Assembly (NCBI GenBank): GCA_050259235.1 | Contig: JBLNAG010000002.1 | Location: forward strand, 24,382-88,381 | Reading direction: 5' to 3' | Source of the DNA: Ignavibacteriales bacterium | GTDB lineage: Bacteria; Bacillota_I; Bacilli_A; RF39; UBA660 | Length of the DNA: 64,000 bases | In this document: positions 21,366 through 29,842 of the stretch, one piece after another | Numbering within the stretch: position 1 is the first letter of the stretch | Layout: each line of letters starts with the position of its first letter | Notes under the pieces: model-generated | The model's input: only the letters and a program-made list of their open reading frames with translations | Databases searched by the model: none | Told to the model about the DNA's origin: nothing | Position numbers and translations under genes: made by a program

Positions 21366-22803
21366 ATACTAGCATACTTAATAGTAAAGCAATTACTAAA
21401 ATGACAGCTAAAATTTGTAATAAGTATTTCCAAATATATTTAATCCATTCTTTGTATGAAGTTTCACTTAAACTTAATCCAGCGATTAAAATCATACTTG
21501 TTGGAATAAATAGCATCATTAATCCATAAATAGATTGGAAAACAATAGTTAATACTGAATAGAATTCTGTATCTTTCCAAACTGCTTGAACTGGTGTAGC
21601 TATATTACTCATCATATAATAGAAATCATTATAGAAGAAGCTACCAAACATAGATATTAAAGTAGCAACAAACACATTTACACTGTCAGTTAATCCTAAC
21701 ATATAGTTTGTTAATGTTGTACAAATTGTACCAGATTGTGCATTTAGTAATACAGCAAATATAATATTTGCTAATACTAAGTAGAAAGCTGGTTTAATTA
21801 CTTTCTTAGCACCTTCACCTAAAGCAGTAATAATATCATTAAATTTAACATTGTAGATCCATCCTAATAAGAATGAAGCAATTATTAACATTAGTGACAT
21901 TTCATAACTACCCCAGTATCCAAGTGGAACTGTAGTGTAGCCTAAAATGTTAGTTATAATTGGTACATCACCAACTGTCACAGCAGCTATATTATTATAT
22001 AAATCTGTGAAGATTGGAGTCTTAAATACAAGATACCAATTATAAGCACCAACTAATAGAGCAATAATTGCTAAGCCAGCTACAATAATAAGTGGCCAAA
22101 CACTCTTCTTGCTAACAGCCTTACTATCATATAAAGGTTTTTCAACTTTTGTTGATTCTCCCTTATCTTCAGATTTCTTTGAAGATTCCTTTTTAGTATC
22201 ATTTTTAGCTTTTGCTAAAACGAATACTATTAATAAGAATGTTGTAATTACAAAGATTGCAATTTTAGCAATAATATCAGTATGTATTCCCAAATTATAG
22301 AAATAATTACTGTATCCACTACTCATTCCATATGTACATCCAACTAAACCTACTAATATCGCTCCAATTGTAGAAGCTAAAGCAGTTAGTTTACTGTATC
22401 CTAATGATATAATAACAGTCATTAAGAATGGAACTAAAATAAATAGTGGCCAAACTAATCCAGATAAAGAAGATAATAATGATAATACAGAAATTACAAT
22501 TATTAAAAATTTCTTTTCTTTACCTTTGAATTTTTTTACTAAGTAATCAACTATATTACTGTATACACCAGTCTTATTAACTACTCCGTAAAATCCACCT
22601 ATTGCCAACAATATAACACCATATTGGATAAATGTTGTAATAGTAAGTATTGGGAAATATATTATATCCATTAAACCTACTGGAGTAATTTTTCCCTTTA
22701 CAAATGCGCCTGACTCAAAAGATCCAACTGGAATAATCCAACTTAATACAACAAAGATCAAGAAAGTTATTCCGATAGCTTTCAATAAATTATGCTTTTT
22801 CAT
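21364..22803 (-). CDS. YfcC/DcuC-like family permease
   Basis: 479 aa polytopic membrane protein with a Lys/Ser-rich central loop, as in YfcC-family transporters. Confidence 0.65.
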   Translation of the reverse strand: MKKHNLLKAIGITFLIFVVLSWIIPVGSFESGAFVKGKITPVGLMDIIYFPILTITTFIQYGVILLAIGGFYGVVNKTGVYSNIVDYLVKKFKGKEKKFLIIVISVLSLLSSLSGLVWPLFILVPFLMTVIISLGYSKLTALASTIGAILVGLVGCTYGMSSGYSNYFYNLGIHTDIIAKIAIFVITTFLLIVFVLAKAKNDTKKESSKKSEDKGESTKVEKPLYDSKAVSKKSVWPLIIVAGLAIIALLVGAYNWYLVFKTPIFTDLYNNIAAVTVGDVPIITNILGYTTVPLGYWGSYEMSLMLIIASFLLGWIYNVKFNDIITALGEGAKKVIKPAFYLVLANIIFAVLLNAQSGTICTTLTNYMLGLTDSVNVFVATLISMFGSFFYNDFYYMMSNIATPVQAVWKDTEFYSVLTIVFQSIYGLMMLFIPTSMILIAGLSLSETSYKEWIKYIWKYLLQILAVILVIALLLSMLV

Positions 22804-22907
22804 TTTCTACCTCCATTATGATTATATCATTTATAGTATAAAATATAAATAGGTTTTTTTACTTTTTTACCCAAAAAATGATATAATAATCAAAATTGAG
22901 GTGATTT

Positions 22908-23837
22908 ATGAATCCATTTAAATATAGCTATAATAACAAAAGGTATCATACGTTAGATTATCATTATAAATTATTATTTAACTGTAAAGTTGCTAAAATT
23001 AGCTTAAATGCTGGTTTTACTTGTCCAAATATTGATGGAACAGTTGGTACTAAAGGATGTATATATTGTTCAAAAATTGGTAGTGGTGAATATGGTGGAG
23101 ACTTTAGAAAGGATCTAATTACTCAATTTGAAGATGGAAAAAAATTAATGAAAAAATGGAAAGCAAAATATATTGGTTACTTTCAAGCTCATACCAATAC
23201 TTATGCTCCACTAAATATTTTAAAAGTAAAATATGAGTTAATATTAAAACAACCAGATGTAATTGGTCTTACTATAGCAACAAGACCAGATGCAATAAGT
23301 GATGAATGCTTAGATTATCTCAGCGAATTAAATAATAGAACTTTTTTAACTATTGAACTTGGATTGCAAACTATTCATGAAAATACCTCAAAATTAATTA
23401 ATCGGTGCCACACTCTAGATCAGTTTGAAATAATGGTTAATAAACTAAGATCAAAAAATATAAATGTCGTAGTTCATATTATTAATGGTTTGCCATATGA
23501 AACTAAAGAAATGATGTTAGATACTGTTAGATATTTAAATAAATTAGATATTCAGGGAATAAAAATACATATGTTATTTATTCTAAAAAATACACCATTA
23601 GAAAAAATATATCTAAAAGATAATTTCCATATTCTAACTAAAGAAGAATATATTGATATTGTCTGTGATCAATTAGAATTACTAAGACCGGAAATAGTCA
23701 TTCACAGAATCACAGGTGATCCAATGAAAGAAGATTTAATCATTCCAAACTGGTTAATTAAAAAAACTATTCTCTTAAATGATATTGATAAAGAATTATT
23801 AAAAAGAAATACTTATCAAGGGAAAAAGACATTATAA
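22908..23837 (+). CDS. TIGR01212-family radical SAM protein (YhcC-like)
   Basis: CPNIDGTVGTKGCIYC cysteine motif and a conserved TIGR01212 N-terminus (MNPFKYSYNNKRYHTLDYHYK). It is the only long plus-strand gene in the first 40 kb. Confidence 0.85.
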   Translation: MNPFKYSYNNKRYHTLDYHYKLLFNCKVAKISLNAGFTCPNIDGTVGTKGCIYCSKIGSGEYGGDFRKDLITQFEDGKKLMKKWKAKYIGYFQAHTNTYAPLNILKVKYELILKQPDVIGLTIATRPDAISDECLDYLSELNNRTFLTIELGLQTIHENTSKLINRCHTLDQFEIMVNKLRSKNINVVVHIINGLPYETKEMMLDTVRYLNKLDIQGIKIHMLFILKNTPLEKIYLKDNFHILTKEEYIDIVCDQLELLRPEIVIHRITGDPMKEDLIIPNWLIKKTILLNDIDKELLKRNTYQGKKTL

Positions 23838-23847
23838 CAATGTCTTT
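23825..23847. terminator. bidirectional hairpin between convergent genes
   Basis: aaagacatt ataac aatgtcttt spans both stop codons. Confidence 0.4.
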
Positions 23848-24690
23848 TTATTCTTCTATTAATTCCAATAAATTAACTATTTTTAAATCTTTAGACTTAA
23901 TATATTTGATAATTAATTCTAATTCCCTTTCAACTGCATTATTTACATTTAATGCAATAATACTTCCAGAATCCAATTTATCTTTTATTTCAATAAATGG
24001 ATAATTATTAACAATAATATTAGGACTAATAGTATAGTTTTTATTTGATGCACATATATCTAGATCTTTAGTATCACCGGTTTTATAACAAAAGCTATTT
24101 TTCTGTTTACCTATCTTTTTAATGATTGTATCCATCCATATAAAAGTACTATTTTGATAATTAAGATTATCACTTAAATTACCAATATTATGTTTTTTTT
24201 CAATTAATTTTATAACCATATTGTTATTACTTGAAAACCAGTCACTATTGACAAAAAAGTTACCCTTTATTCCATTGCTGTTAAGTATTTGTAATATAGT
24301 ATTAATATTATCTGTTCCATCAACTAAGAAAACCAAACTAACCATCTTTTTAGTTTTATTACCACTAATGATATATTTATCTTTATTATCCTTCAAACTA
24401 ATACTAGGTTTAACTTTTTGATATTCCAACAAATTAGCATTGTACTTGCCAAGACGACGCATTCTTTGATAACTTTTATCAATGTTAATTTCTTTTCCAG
24501 ATATACCAGGTATAATAGTATTCCCATTAATATATGCATTAATTGCTTCTACTTTATAAGAATTTTGTTCTTCTTTTATTTGAATCATAATATTATCTAA
24601 TTCCTTAACAACACTCACAGTTTTTTCAGTATAAAAAAAACTAAAACTAACTAGACATAATATTCCTAGGTATTGGAAAAACTTCTTCAT
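23848..24690 (-). CDS. secreted polysaccharide-deacetylase-like (NodB-homology) protein, probably catalytically degenerate
   Basis: Signal peptide present. A FLVDGTDN segment aligns to the TFDDG motif, but the His-His motif is absent (HNIGNLS instead of HxxxHP). Confidence 0.5.
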   Translation of the reverse strand: MKKFFQYLGILCLVSFSFFYTEKTVSVVKELDNIMIQIKEEQNSYKVEAINAYINGNTIIPGISGKEINIDKSYQRMRRLGKYNANLLEYQKVKPSISLKDNKDKYIISGNKTKKMVSLVFLVDGTDNINTILQILNSNGIKGNFFVNSDWFSSNNNMVIKLIEKKHNIGNLSDNLNYQNSTFIWMDTIIKKIGKQKNSFCYKTGDTKDLDICASNKNYTISPNIIVNNYPFIEIKDKLDSGSIIALNVNNAVERELELIIKYIKSKDLKIVNLLELIEE

Positions 24691-24761
24691 CTTATCACCT
24701 ATTTAAATATATGAAATTATTATTTTTTTTTAACTTATAATTGCATTTTTATCTAGGCTTC

Positions 24762-24788
24762 ACTCTTTTAATAGATTTTCATACTATA
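24762..24788 (+). promoter_or_regulatory. sigmaK-like promoter (AC-16bp-CATActaTA) upstream of the Tyr/Pro-rich gene
   Basis: cAC tcttttaatagatttt CATActaTA fits AC-N16-CATAnnnTA; a strong RBS (aaaggagg) sits 7 nt before the ATG. Confidence 0.35.
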
Positions 24789-24808
24789 TATATGAAAGGA
24801 GGAAGAAT

Positions 24809-25027
24809 ATGTATAATACTAATCCTCGTACATATTATCCTTATAATGATAATGATGATCGTTTTATAGGAGGTGGATTTGCTGCTCCATTTCTTCTTGG
24901 TGGTTTAACAGCTAGTCTTCTAACACCTTATCGTCCTTATTACCCACCATATTATGCACCATATTCACCATATTATTCACCTTACTATTATCCAAGATAT
25001 CCAAGATATCCGAGATATTATTATTAA
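24809..25027 (+). CDS. small Tyr/Pro-rich protein, candidate spore-coat protein
   Basis: 72 aa, about 28% Tyr and 19% Pro, with YPRYPRYPRYYY and PYY repeats; strong RBS, and a sigmaK-like promoter. Confidence 0.6.
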   Translation: MYNTNPRTYYPYNDNDDRFIGGGFAAPFLLGGLTASLLTPYRPYYPPYYAPYSPYYSPYYYPRYPRYPRYYY

Positions 25028-25030
25028 AAA

Positions 25031-25054
25031 GCAAAGTTTACCTTTGTTTTTTTT
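25031..25054 (+). terminator. rho-independent terminator of the Tyr/Pro-rich gene
   Basis: caaag tttac ctttg followed by tttttttt. Confidence 0.45.
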
Positions 25055-25071
25055 ATAATAAAAAGAAGCTA

Positions 25072-26625
25072 TTATTTAGCTTCTTCTTGTGCTCTTGTTT
25101 CTCTAATAACAATAACCTTAATTGTACCAGGATATTGCATTTCATTTTCAATACGATTTTTAATATCACGAGCTATCTTGTAACTTCCTAAGTCATCCAC
25201 CTTATCAGGTTTAACAATAACACGTAATTCACGTCCTGCTTGAACAGCAAAGGTATTAGCTACCCCTTCCATGCTATTAGCAATAGCTTCTAATTCTTCT
25301 AATCTCTTAATGTAATTTTCTAAAGAATCATTACGAGCTCCTGGACGAGAAGCAGATAAAGCATCTGCTATTGATACTAATACTGAAATAATACTTGTTG
25401 CTTCAACATCACCATGATGTGATTCAATAGAATTAATAACAGTATCATTTTCTTTATATTTTTTAGCTAATTCAACGCCTAAAGTAACATGGCTACCTTC
25501 TACTTCATGATCAATTGCTTTACCAATATCATGTAATAAACCTGCTCTCTTAGCTAATCCAACATTTTCGCCAATTTCAGCGGCCATAATACCTGCTAAA
25601 TGAGCAACTTCGATAGAATGTTGTAAAGCATTTTGTCCATAACTAGTTCTAAAATGTAATTTACCAATTAAAGCAACTAATTCAGGATCAACTTTAGTAA
25701 TACCCAATTCAAATAAAGCACCTTCACCATATTCAATAACTTTACTTTGAATTTCCTTTGTTGTCTTATCATATACTTCTTCAATACGTGCCGGATGGAT
25801 ACGTCCATCTTTTACTAAAGTATCAATTGTAGTATGAGCTATTTGTCTTCTAAATGGATCAAAACTTGAAATAACTATAGTTTCAGGTGTGTCATCAATA
25901 ATTAAATCAACACCCGTTACAGCTTCAATAGTACGAATATTTCTTCCTTCACGGCCAATAATTCTACCCTTCATATCATCATTAGGTAAAGTAACTACTG
26001 ATACTGTTTGTTCACTAACAACATCGCCAGCATATTTTTGCATAGACGAAACTAACATAGATTTAGCTTTTTTGTCAGCTTCTAATTTTGCTTCATCTTC
26101 ACGATCTTTGATGTATGCTGCTATTTCTAAATTCATCATTTCTTCTACTTTTTTTAGAACTAAATCTCTAGCTTCTATCTTAGAATAACCAGCGATTTTT
26201 TCTAATAATTCAATTTGTTCTTTCTTAATTTCTTCCGCTCTTTCTTGTTCTTTTTGAATTTCTTTTTGTTTTTCAATTATATTATTTTCTTTTTCTTCTA
26301 GCATTTCTTCGCGATTTTGAAGAGTCTGATCGCGACGATTGATATTTCCCTCACGAATAAGTAATCGTTCCTCAGCATCCTTCACTTCTTGCTTTTTCTC
26401 TTTTACTTCTTTTTCCGTTTCAATTTTAACTTTGTGAGCCTCTTCTTTGGCTTCTAATAAATAATCTCTCTTTATTTTATCGGCTTCTTTTCTTGCTTTT
26501 TCGAGCATTAATTCAGCCTTTTTTGACATTAATGTACCTTTAATATAATTTAAAACTAGTATTAATATAACCCCAATAAAAATTCCAAGTAAAACAAGTA
26601 AACCGGAGAACATAATATCATCCAT
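25072..26625 (-). CDS. rny: ribonuclease Y
   Basis: N-terminal TM helix, coiled coil, KH domain and HD domain ([10 protein letters not shown]...LLHDIGKA). Confidence 0.95.
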   Translation of the reverse strand: MDDIMFSGLLVLLGIFIGVILILVLNYIKGTLMSKKAELMLEKARKEADKIKRDYLLEAKEEAHKVKIETEKEVKEKKQEVKDAEERLLIREGNINRRDQTLQNREEMLEEKENNIIEKQKEIQKEQERAEEIKKEQIELLEKIAGYSKIEARDLVLKKVEEMMNLEIAAYIKDREDEAKLEADKKAKSMLVSSMQKYAGDVVSEQTVSVVTLPNDDMKGRIIGREGRNIRTIEAVTGVDLIIDDTPETIVISSFDPFRRQIAHTTIDTLVKDGRIHPARIEEVYDKTTKEIQSKVIEYGEGALFELGITKVDPELVALIGKLHFRTSYGQNALQHSIEVAHLAGIMAAEIGENVGLAKRAGLLHDIGKAIDHEVEGSHVTLGVELAKKYKENDTVINSIESHHGDVEATSIISVLVSIADALSASRPGARNDSLENYIKRLEELEAIANSMEGVANTFAVQAGRELRVIVKPDKVDDLGSYKIARDIKNRIENEMQYPGTIKVIVIRETRAQEEAK

Positions 26626-26727
26626 AATATTGCCTCCATCTACATTATTAAAATTTTACTATAAGCGAAATAAATTATTTCACTCTACTATCATTTTAAT
26701 GTTTATAAAATAATAAGTCAAGTAAAA

Positions 26728-26750
26728 AGTGATATTATCAAAATATCACT
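26728..26750 (-). terminator. recA terminator hairpin overlapping the stop codon
   Basis: agtgatat tatcaaa atatcact followed by a U-run on the minus-strand transcript. Confidence 0.45.
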
Positions 26751-27786
26751 CTTCTATAACTTTATCTTCATTAGCAACTTTTAGTTCTTTTTTAGGATTA
26801 GATTTGAAGTATTCCCTAACTTTCTTTTCTAATTCATCTCTTAACTTAGTATTATTTTTTAATAATTCCTTTACATTTTCTTTCCCTTGACCAATTTTTT
26901 CTCCCTTATAAGCATACCATGCGCCACTTTTTTCAAGGATATTTGTTTCTGTGGCAATATCAACTATTTCACCTTCACGAGATATCCCTTCACCATACAT
27001 AATGTCAACAGCACAATTCTTAAAAGGTGGGGCCATCTTATTCTTAACAACTTTAATAGTCGTTTTATTACCAACTATTTCAGCCCCTAATTTAATTTGT
27101 TCAGATCTTCTTATATCCAAACGAATAGAAGAATAAAATTTTAAAGCTCTTCCCCCAGGAGTAACTTCGGGATTTCCAAACATAACTCCTACTTTTTCAC
27201 GTAATTGATTAATGAATATTGCAATAGTATTAGTTTTGCTAATAATACCAGATAGTTTTCTTAAAGCTTGACTCATCAAACGTGCTTGTAAGCCAACATG
27301 AGAGTCACCCATTTCACCTTCAATTTCTGCTTGAGGAACTAATGCAGCAACAGAGTCAATAACAACAATTCCTACTGCACCACTTCTAACCAAAGCTTCA
27401 CATATTTCTAGAGCTTGTTCACCATTATCAGGTTGTGATAATAGTAATTCATTTATATCTACGCCTAATTTAGAAGCATATTGTGGATCTAATGAATGTT
27501 CAGCATCAATAAAAGCAGCTCTACCACCTTTTTTTTGAACTTCAGCAATAGCATGCAAAGCTACCGTTGTCTTCCCACTAGATTCAGGACCATATATTTC
27601 TATAATTCTTCCTTTAGGATATCCACCTATTCCTAAAGCTACATCCAAACTTATTGATCCACTAGATACAACATCTATTTCTCTTGCTTTATTATCACCC
27701 AGTTTCATAACTGAGCCTTTACCAAATTGTTTTTCTATATCAAGTAAAACTTGTTCTAATTTTTTATCAGTAGTTGTACTACTCAT
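26746..27786 (-). CDS. recA: recombinase RecA
   Basis: Walker [11 protein letters not shown]1/L2 loops and full-length homology. Confidence 0.97.
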   Translation of the reverse strand: MSSTTTDKKLEQVLLDIEKQFGKGSVMKLGDNKAREIDVVSSGSISLDVALGIGGYPKGRIIEIYGPESSGKTTVALHAIAEVQKKGGRAAFIDAEHSLDPQYASKLGVDINELLLSQPDNGEQALEICEALVRSGAVGIVVIDSVAALVPQAEIEGEMGDSHVGLQARLMSQALRKLSGIISKTNTIAIFINQLREKVGVMFGNPEVTPGGRALKFYSSIRLDIRRSEQIKLGAEIVGNKTTIKVVKNKMAPPFKNCAVDIMYGEGISREGEIVDIATETNILEKSGAWYAYKGEKIGQGKENVKELLKNNTKLRDELEKKVREYFKSNPKKELKVANEDKVIEE

Positions 27787-27815
27787 AATGTATTCCTCCT
27801 CACTTCTACATTAAC

Positions 27816-27844
27816 ATTGTATAACATCTTAAAACTAATGTCAA
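27816..27844 (-). promoter_or_regulatory. sigmaA-type recA promoter (TTGACA-17-TACAAT)
   Basis: Minus-strand read: ttgaca ttagttttaagatgtta tacaat, about 30 nt upstream of the RBS gaggagg. Confidence 0.5.
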
Positions 27845-27853
27845 TACCTAAAA

Positions 27854-27867
27854 CGAACATTTGTTTG
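27854..27867 (-). promoter_or_regulatory. candidate Cheo/LexA box (CGAACATTTGTTTG) just upstream of the recA -35
   Basis: GAAC-N4-GTTT has one mismatch to the Firmicute LexA consensus GAAC-N4-GTTC, and it sits where the recA SOS box does in Bacillus. Confidence 0.45.
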
Positions 27868-27964
27868 TTAAAATGTATAATAGTATTTATATATAATTTT
27901 CAATATGTGGTAAGCAATAAACAAATATTTGTTTATTATTTTTTTATAATTCTTAAAAATAAAA

Positions 27965-27984
27965 AATAGATATTTTTATCTATT
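27965..27984 (-). terminator. pgsA terminator hairpin
   Basis: aatagata tttt tatctatt followed by a U-run on the minus strand. Confidence 0.4.
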
Positions 27985-28573
27985 TTTCAAAAATTATTTT
28001 TTTATTCATTTGATAATATTGAGTACCAGATATTATTGAAAGAATTGTTGCAATTATCAACAATAATTCCGCTACTTTAAGATTCCATAATTCAAAAGGT
28101 AAATTATAGAATAACGTTAATACTATCCCCACCATTAAACAAGCTGTTTTAAGTTTTCCACTTTTTATAGCAGCTACTACCTTACCTTTATTACCAGCTA
28201 CCATCTTAATTGAGTTAACTACAGTATCCCTTAAAATTATTACTACTGGTATAATTGGATGGATAACACCTTGAGCAGCTAAAATAATTAAAACAGAATT
28301 AACTAACATTTTATCTGCAATAGCATCCATCATCTTACCAAAGTCAGTTACTAAATTATACTTACGGGCAATATACCCATCAAGGAAATCAGTAAGTGAT
28401 GCAATAATAAATAAAACTCCTGCAATTAAATAAGTAATATCTACAACAATCTTTTCATTAACAAATAATTGTGGTAATTCGATTCCTGTAGCATCAAATG
28501 GGAAAATTAATACAGCAATAATTATCAAAGATAATATAACTCTTAACATTGTTAACTTGTTTGGTAAATTCAT
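27980..28573 (-). CDS. pgsA: CDP-diacylglycerol--glycerol-3-phosphate 3-phosphatidyltransferase
   Basis: CDP-alcohol phosphatidyltransferase motif DFLDGYIARK...DAIADK. Confidence 0.9.
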   Translation of the reverse strand: MNLPNKLTMLRVILSLIIIAVLIFPFDATGIELPQLFVNEKIVVDITYLIAGVLFIIASLTDFLDGYIARKYNLVTDFGKMMDAIADKMLVNSVLIILAAQGVIHPIIPVVIILRDTVVNSIKMVAGNKGKVVAAIKSGKLKTACLMVGIVLTLFYNLPFELWNLKVAELLLIIATILSIISGTQYYQMNKKIIFEK

Positions 28574-28582
28574 TTTTTCCTC

Positions 28583-29062
28583 CTACATATTGTTTGTTGA
28601 ATAACTTTGTTCAATAAATTCATCGCTACTAACCAATTGAATTACAAAATATCCAATAACGATTAGAAGTAATATAATAATAATATATATAATGACTGGT
28701 GTTAATGTTGGTCTTTTTCTTTTAGACAGAGTATAAGGTGAAGCAATTTTTTTAACTGGTTCATCTTTTTTGTCCTTATTCTTTTTCTTAGCCTTCTTAA
28801 TTTCCTCTAATGAAATTTTTGAAGTATAGTCAAACAAATATTCATTAAATTCATCAACCATTTCTTCATGATTAAGACCTAAATATTTAGCATAATCTCT
28901 TATGAAGTACTTTAGATAAAAAATATCTTTAAAAGATTCGATATTTCCTTCTTCAATACTTTCGATTTGAGAAGGTCTCATCTTTAAATCTTCAGCAACT
29001 TCTTCAACAGTTATACCAATACTCTCTCTGGCTAACTTAAGTTTTTCTCCAATTTCTTTCAT
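28583..29062 (-). CDS. rodZ: RodZ/YmfM-like HTH membrane protein
   Basis: XRE-type HTH (IGEKLKLARESIGITVEEVAEDL), a basic linker and a single TM segment; it occupies the ymfM position upstream of pgsA. Confidence 0.65.
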   Translation of the reverse strand: MKEIGEKLKLARESIGITVEEVAEDLKMRPSQIESIEEGNIESFKDIFYLKYFIRDYAKYLGLNHEEMVDEFNEYLFDYTSKISLEEIKKAKKKNKDKKDEPVKKIASPYTLSKRKRPTLTPVIIYIIIILLLIVIGYFVIQLVSSDEFIEQSYSTNNM

Positions 29063-29071
29063 TTAACACCA

Positions 29072-29438
29072 CCTTAAATAACAATATTTTATAAGCCATG
29101 TTCTGTTTCTATTACTAGACGACAAACATTTATCTATCGATTACTCGATCCCATTGAAAGTTTGATTCCTTTCAACGAGTTCCCCTACCAATTTTGGGTT
29201 TCTCGCTCGAGGGGTTTACCCGTTCCACTTTTCTTATTTCTAAGAAAAATCGTCACTATGGCACTTTATGCCTAATATAACCATATCAAAGACTTAGGTT
29301 AATTCGGCGCCGTTAGTATTTCTACTACCTGAGGTTATTTTTTCCCTCAGCACGAACACTACTATCATCACAGATAGTGCGAGCATGGACTTTCCTCTAC
29401 ATTATAAAAATGCAGCGTTTGTCAAAATATCATTCTTT
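29072..29438 (-). ncRNA. rnpB: RNase P RNA (rnpB), Bacillus/type-B architecture
   Basis: The minus strand carries the universally conserved GUAGAGGAAAGUCCAUGCUCGCAC, AGUGCCAUAGUGACGA and GGUAAACCCCUCGAGCGAGAAACCCAAAUUGGUAGGGGAAC elements. The P1 stem is AAUGAUAUUUU paired with AAAAUAUUGUU. Ends are approximate (+/-10 nt). Confidence 0.85.
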
Positions 29439-29753
29439 ACCATATATTATTTTTTCTAAATTAGATAATCTTCTTAAAAGATCTGAATTGGTAATTTCAG
29501 CACCAGTTCCTTCTTTTAAGACATCAATTTGTGTTTTCATCTTGCGAATTTCTTGTTTAAGTTGCATATTGTCTTGAACTATTTCATTTTTTTCAATTTC
29601 TAATTCTTTGATTATTTTCATAAATTCTCCATAATCACGAATTACAATATCTAAAAACTTGTCAACTTCTTGTGGACGATACCCCCTAGTATCAATTTTA
29701 AATTCTTTGTCTAAAATGTCTTGACCTGTTAATAAAATTCTTTCTTGATACAA
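29430..29753 (-). CDS. gpsB: DivIVA-domain cell-division protein, GpsB-like
   Basis: 107 aa with a DivIVA N-terminal domain (ILDKEFKIDTRGYRPQEVDKFLD) and a C-terminal coiled coil. rnpB lies immediately downstream, the same synteny as in Bacillus. Confidence 0.8.
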   Translation of the reverse strand: MYQERILLTGQDILDKEFKIDTRGYRPQEVDKFLDIVIRDYGEFMKIIKELEIEKNEIVQDNMQLKQEIRKMKTQIDVLKEGTGAEITNSDLLRRLSNLEKIIYGKE

Positions 29754-29842
29754 GTTTACACCTCCAATTACCGATATAATTATCTCAAAAAATAATCAAA
29801 ATGTCAATTAAATACATTTGTATAAAAGGTTTCGTTATTTTA

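Noticed and set aside
27914-27935. Perfect 22-bp palindrome aataaacaaatatttgtttatt between pgsA and recA.
   Set aside because: It could be an operator or a second hairpin, but it is pure A/T and lacks a GC stem. That is not enough to assign a function.
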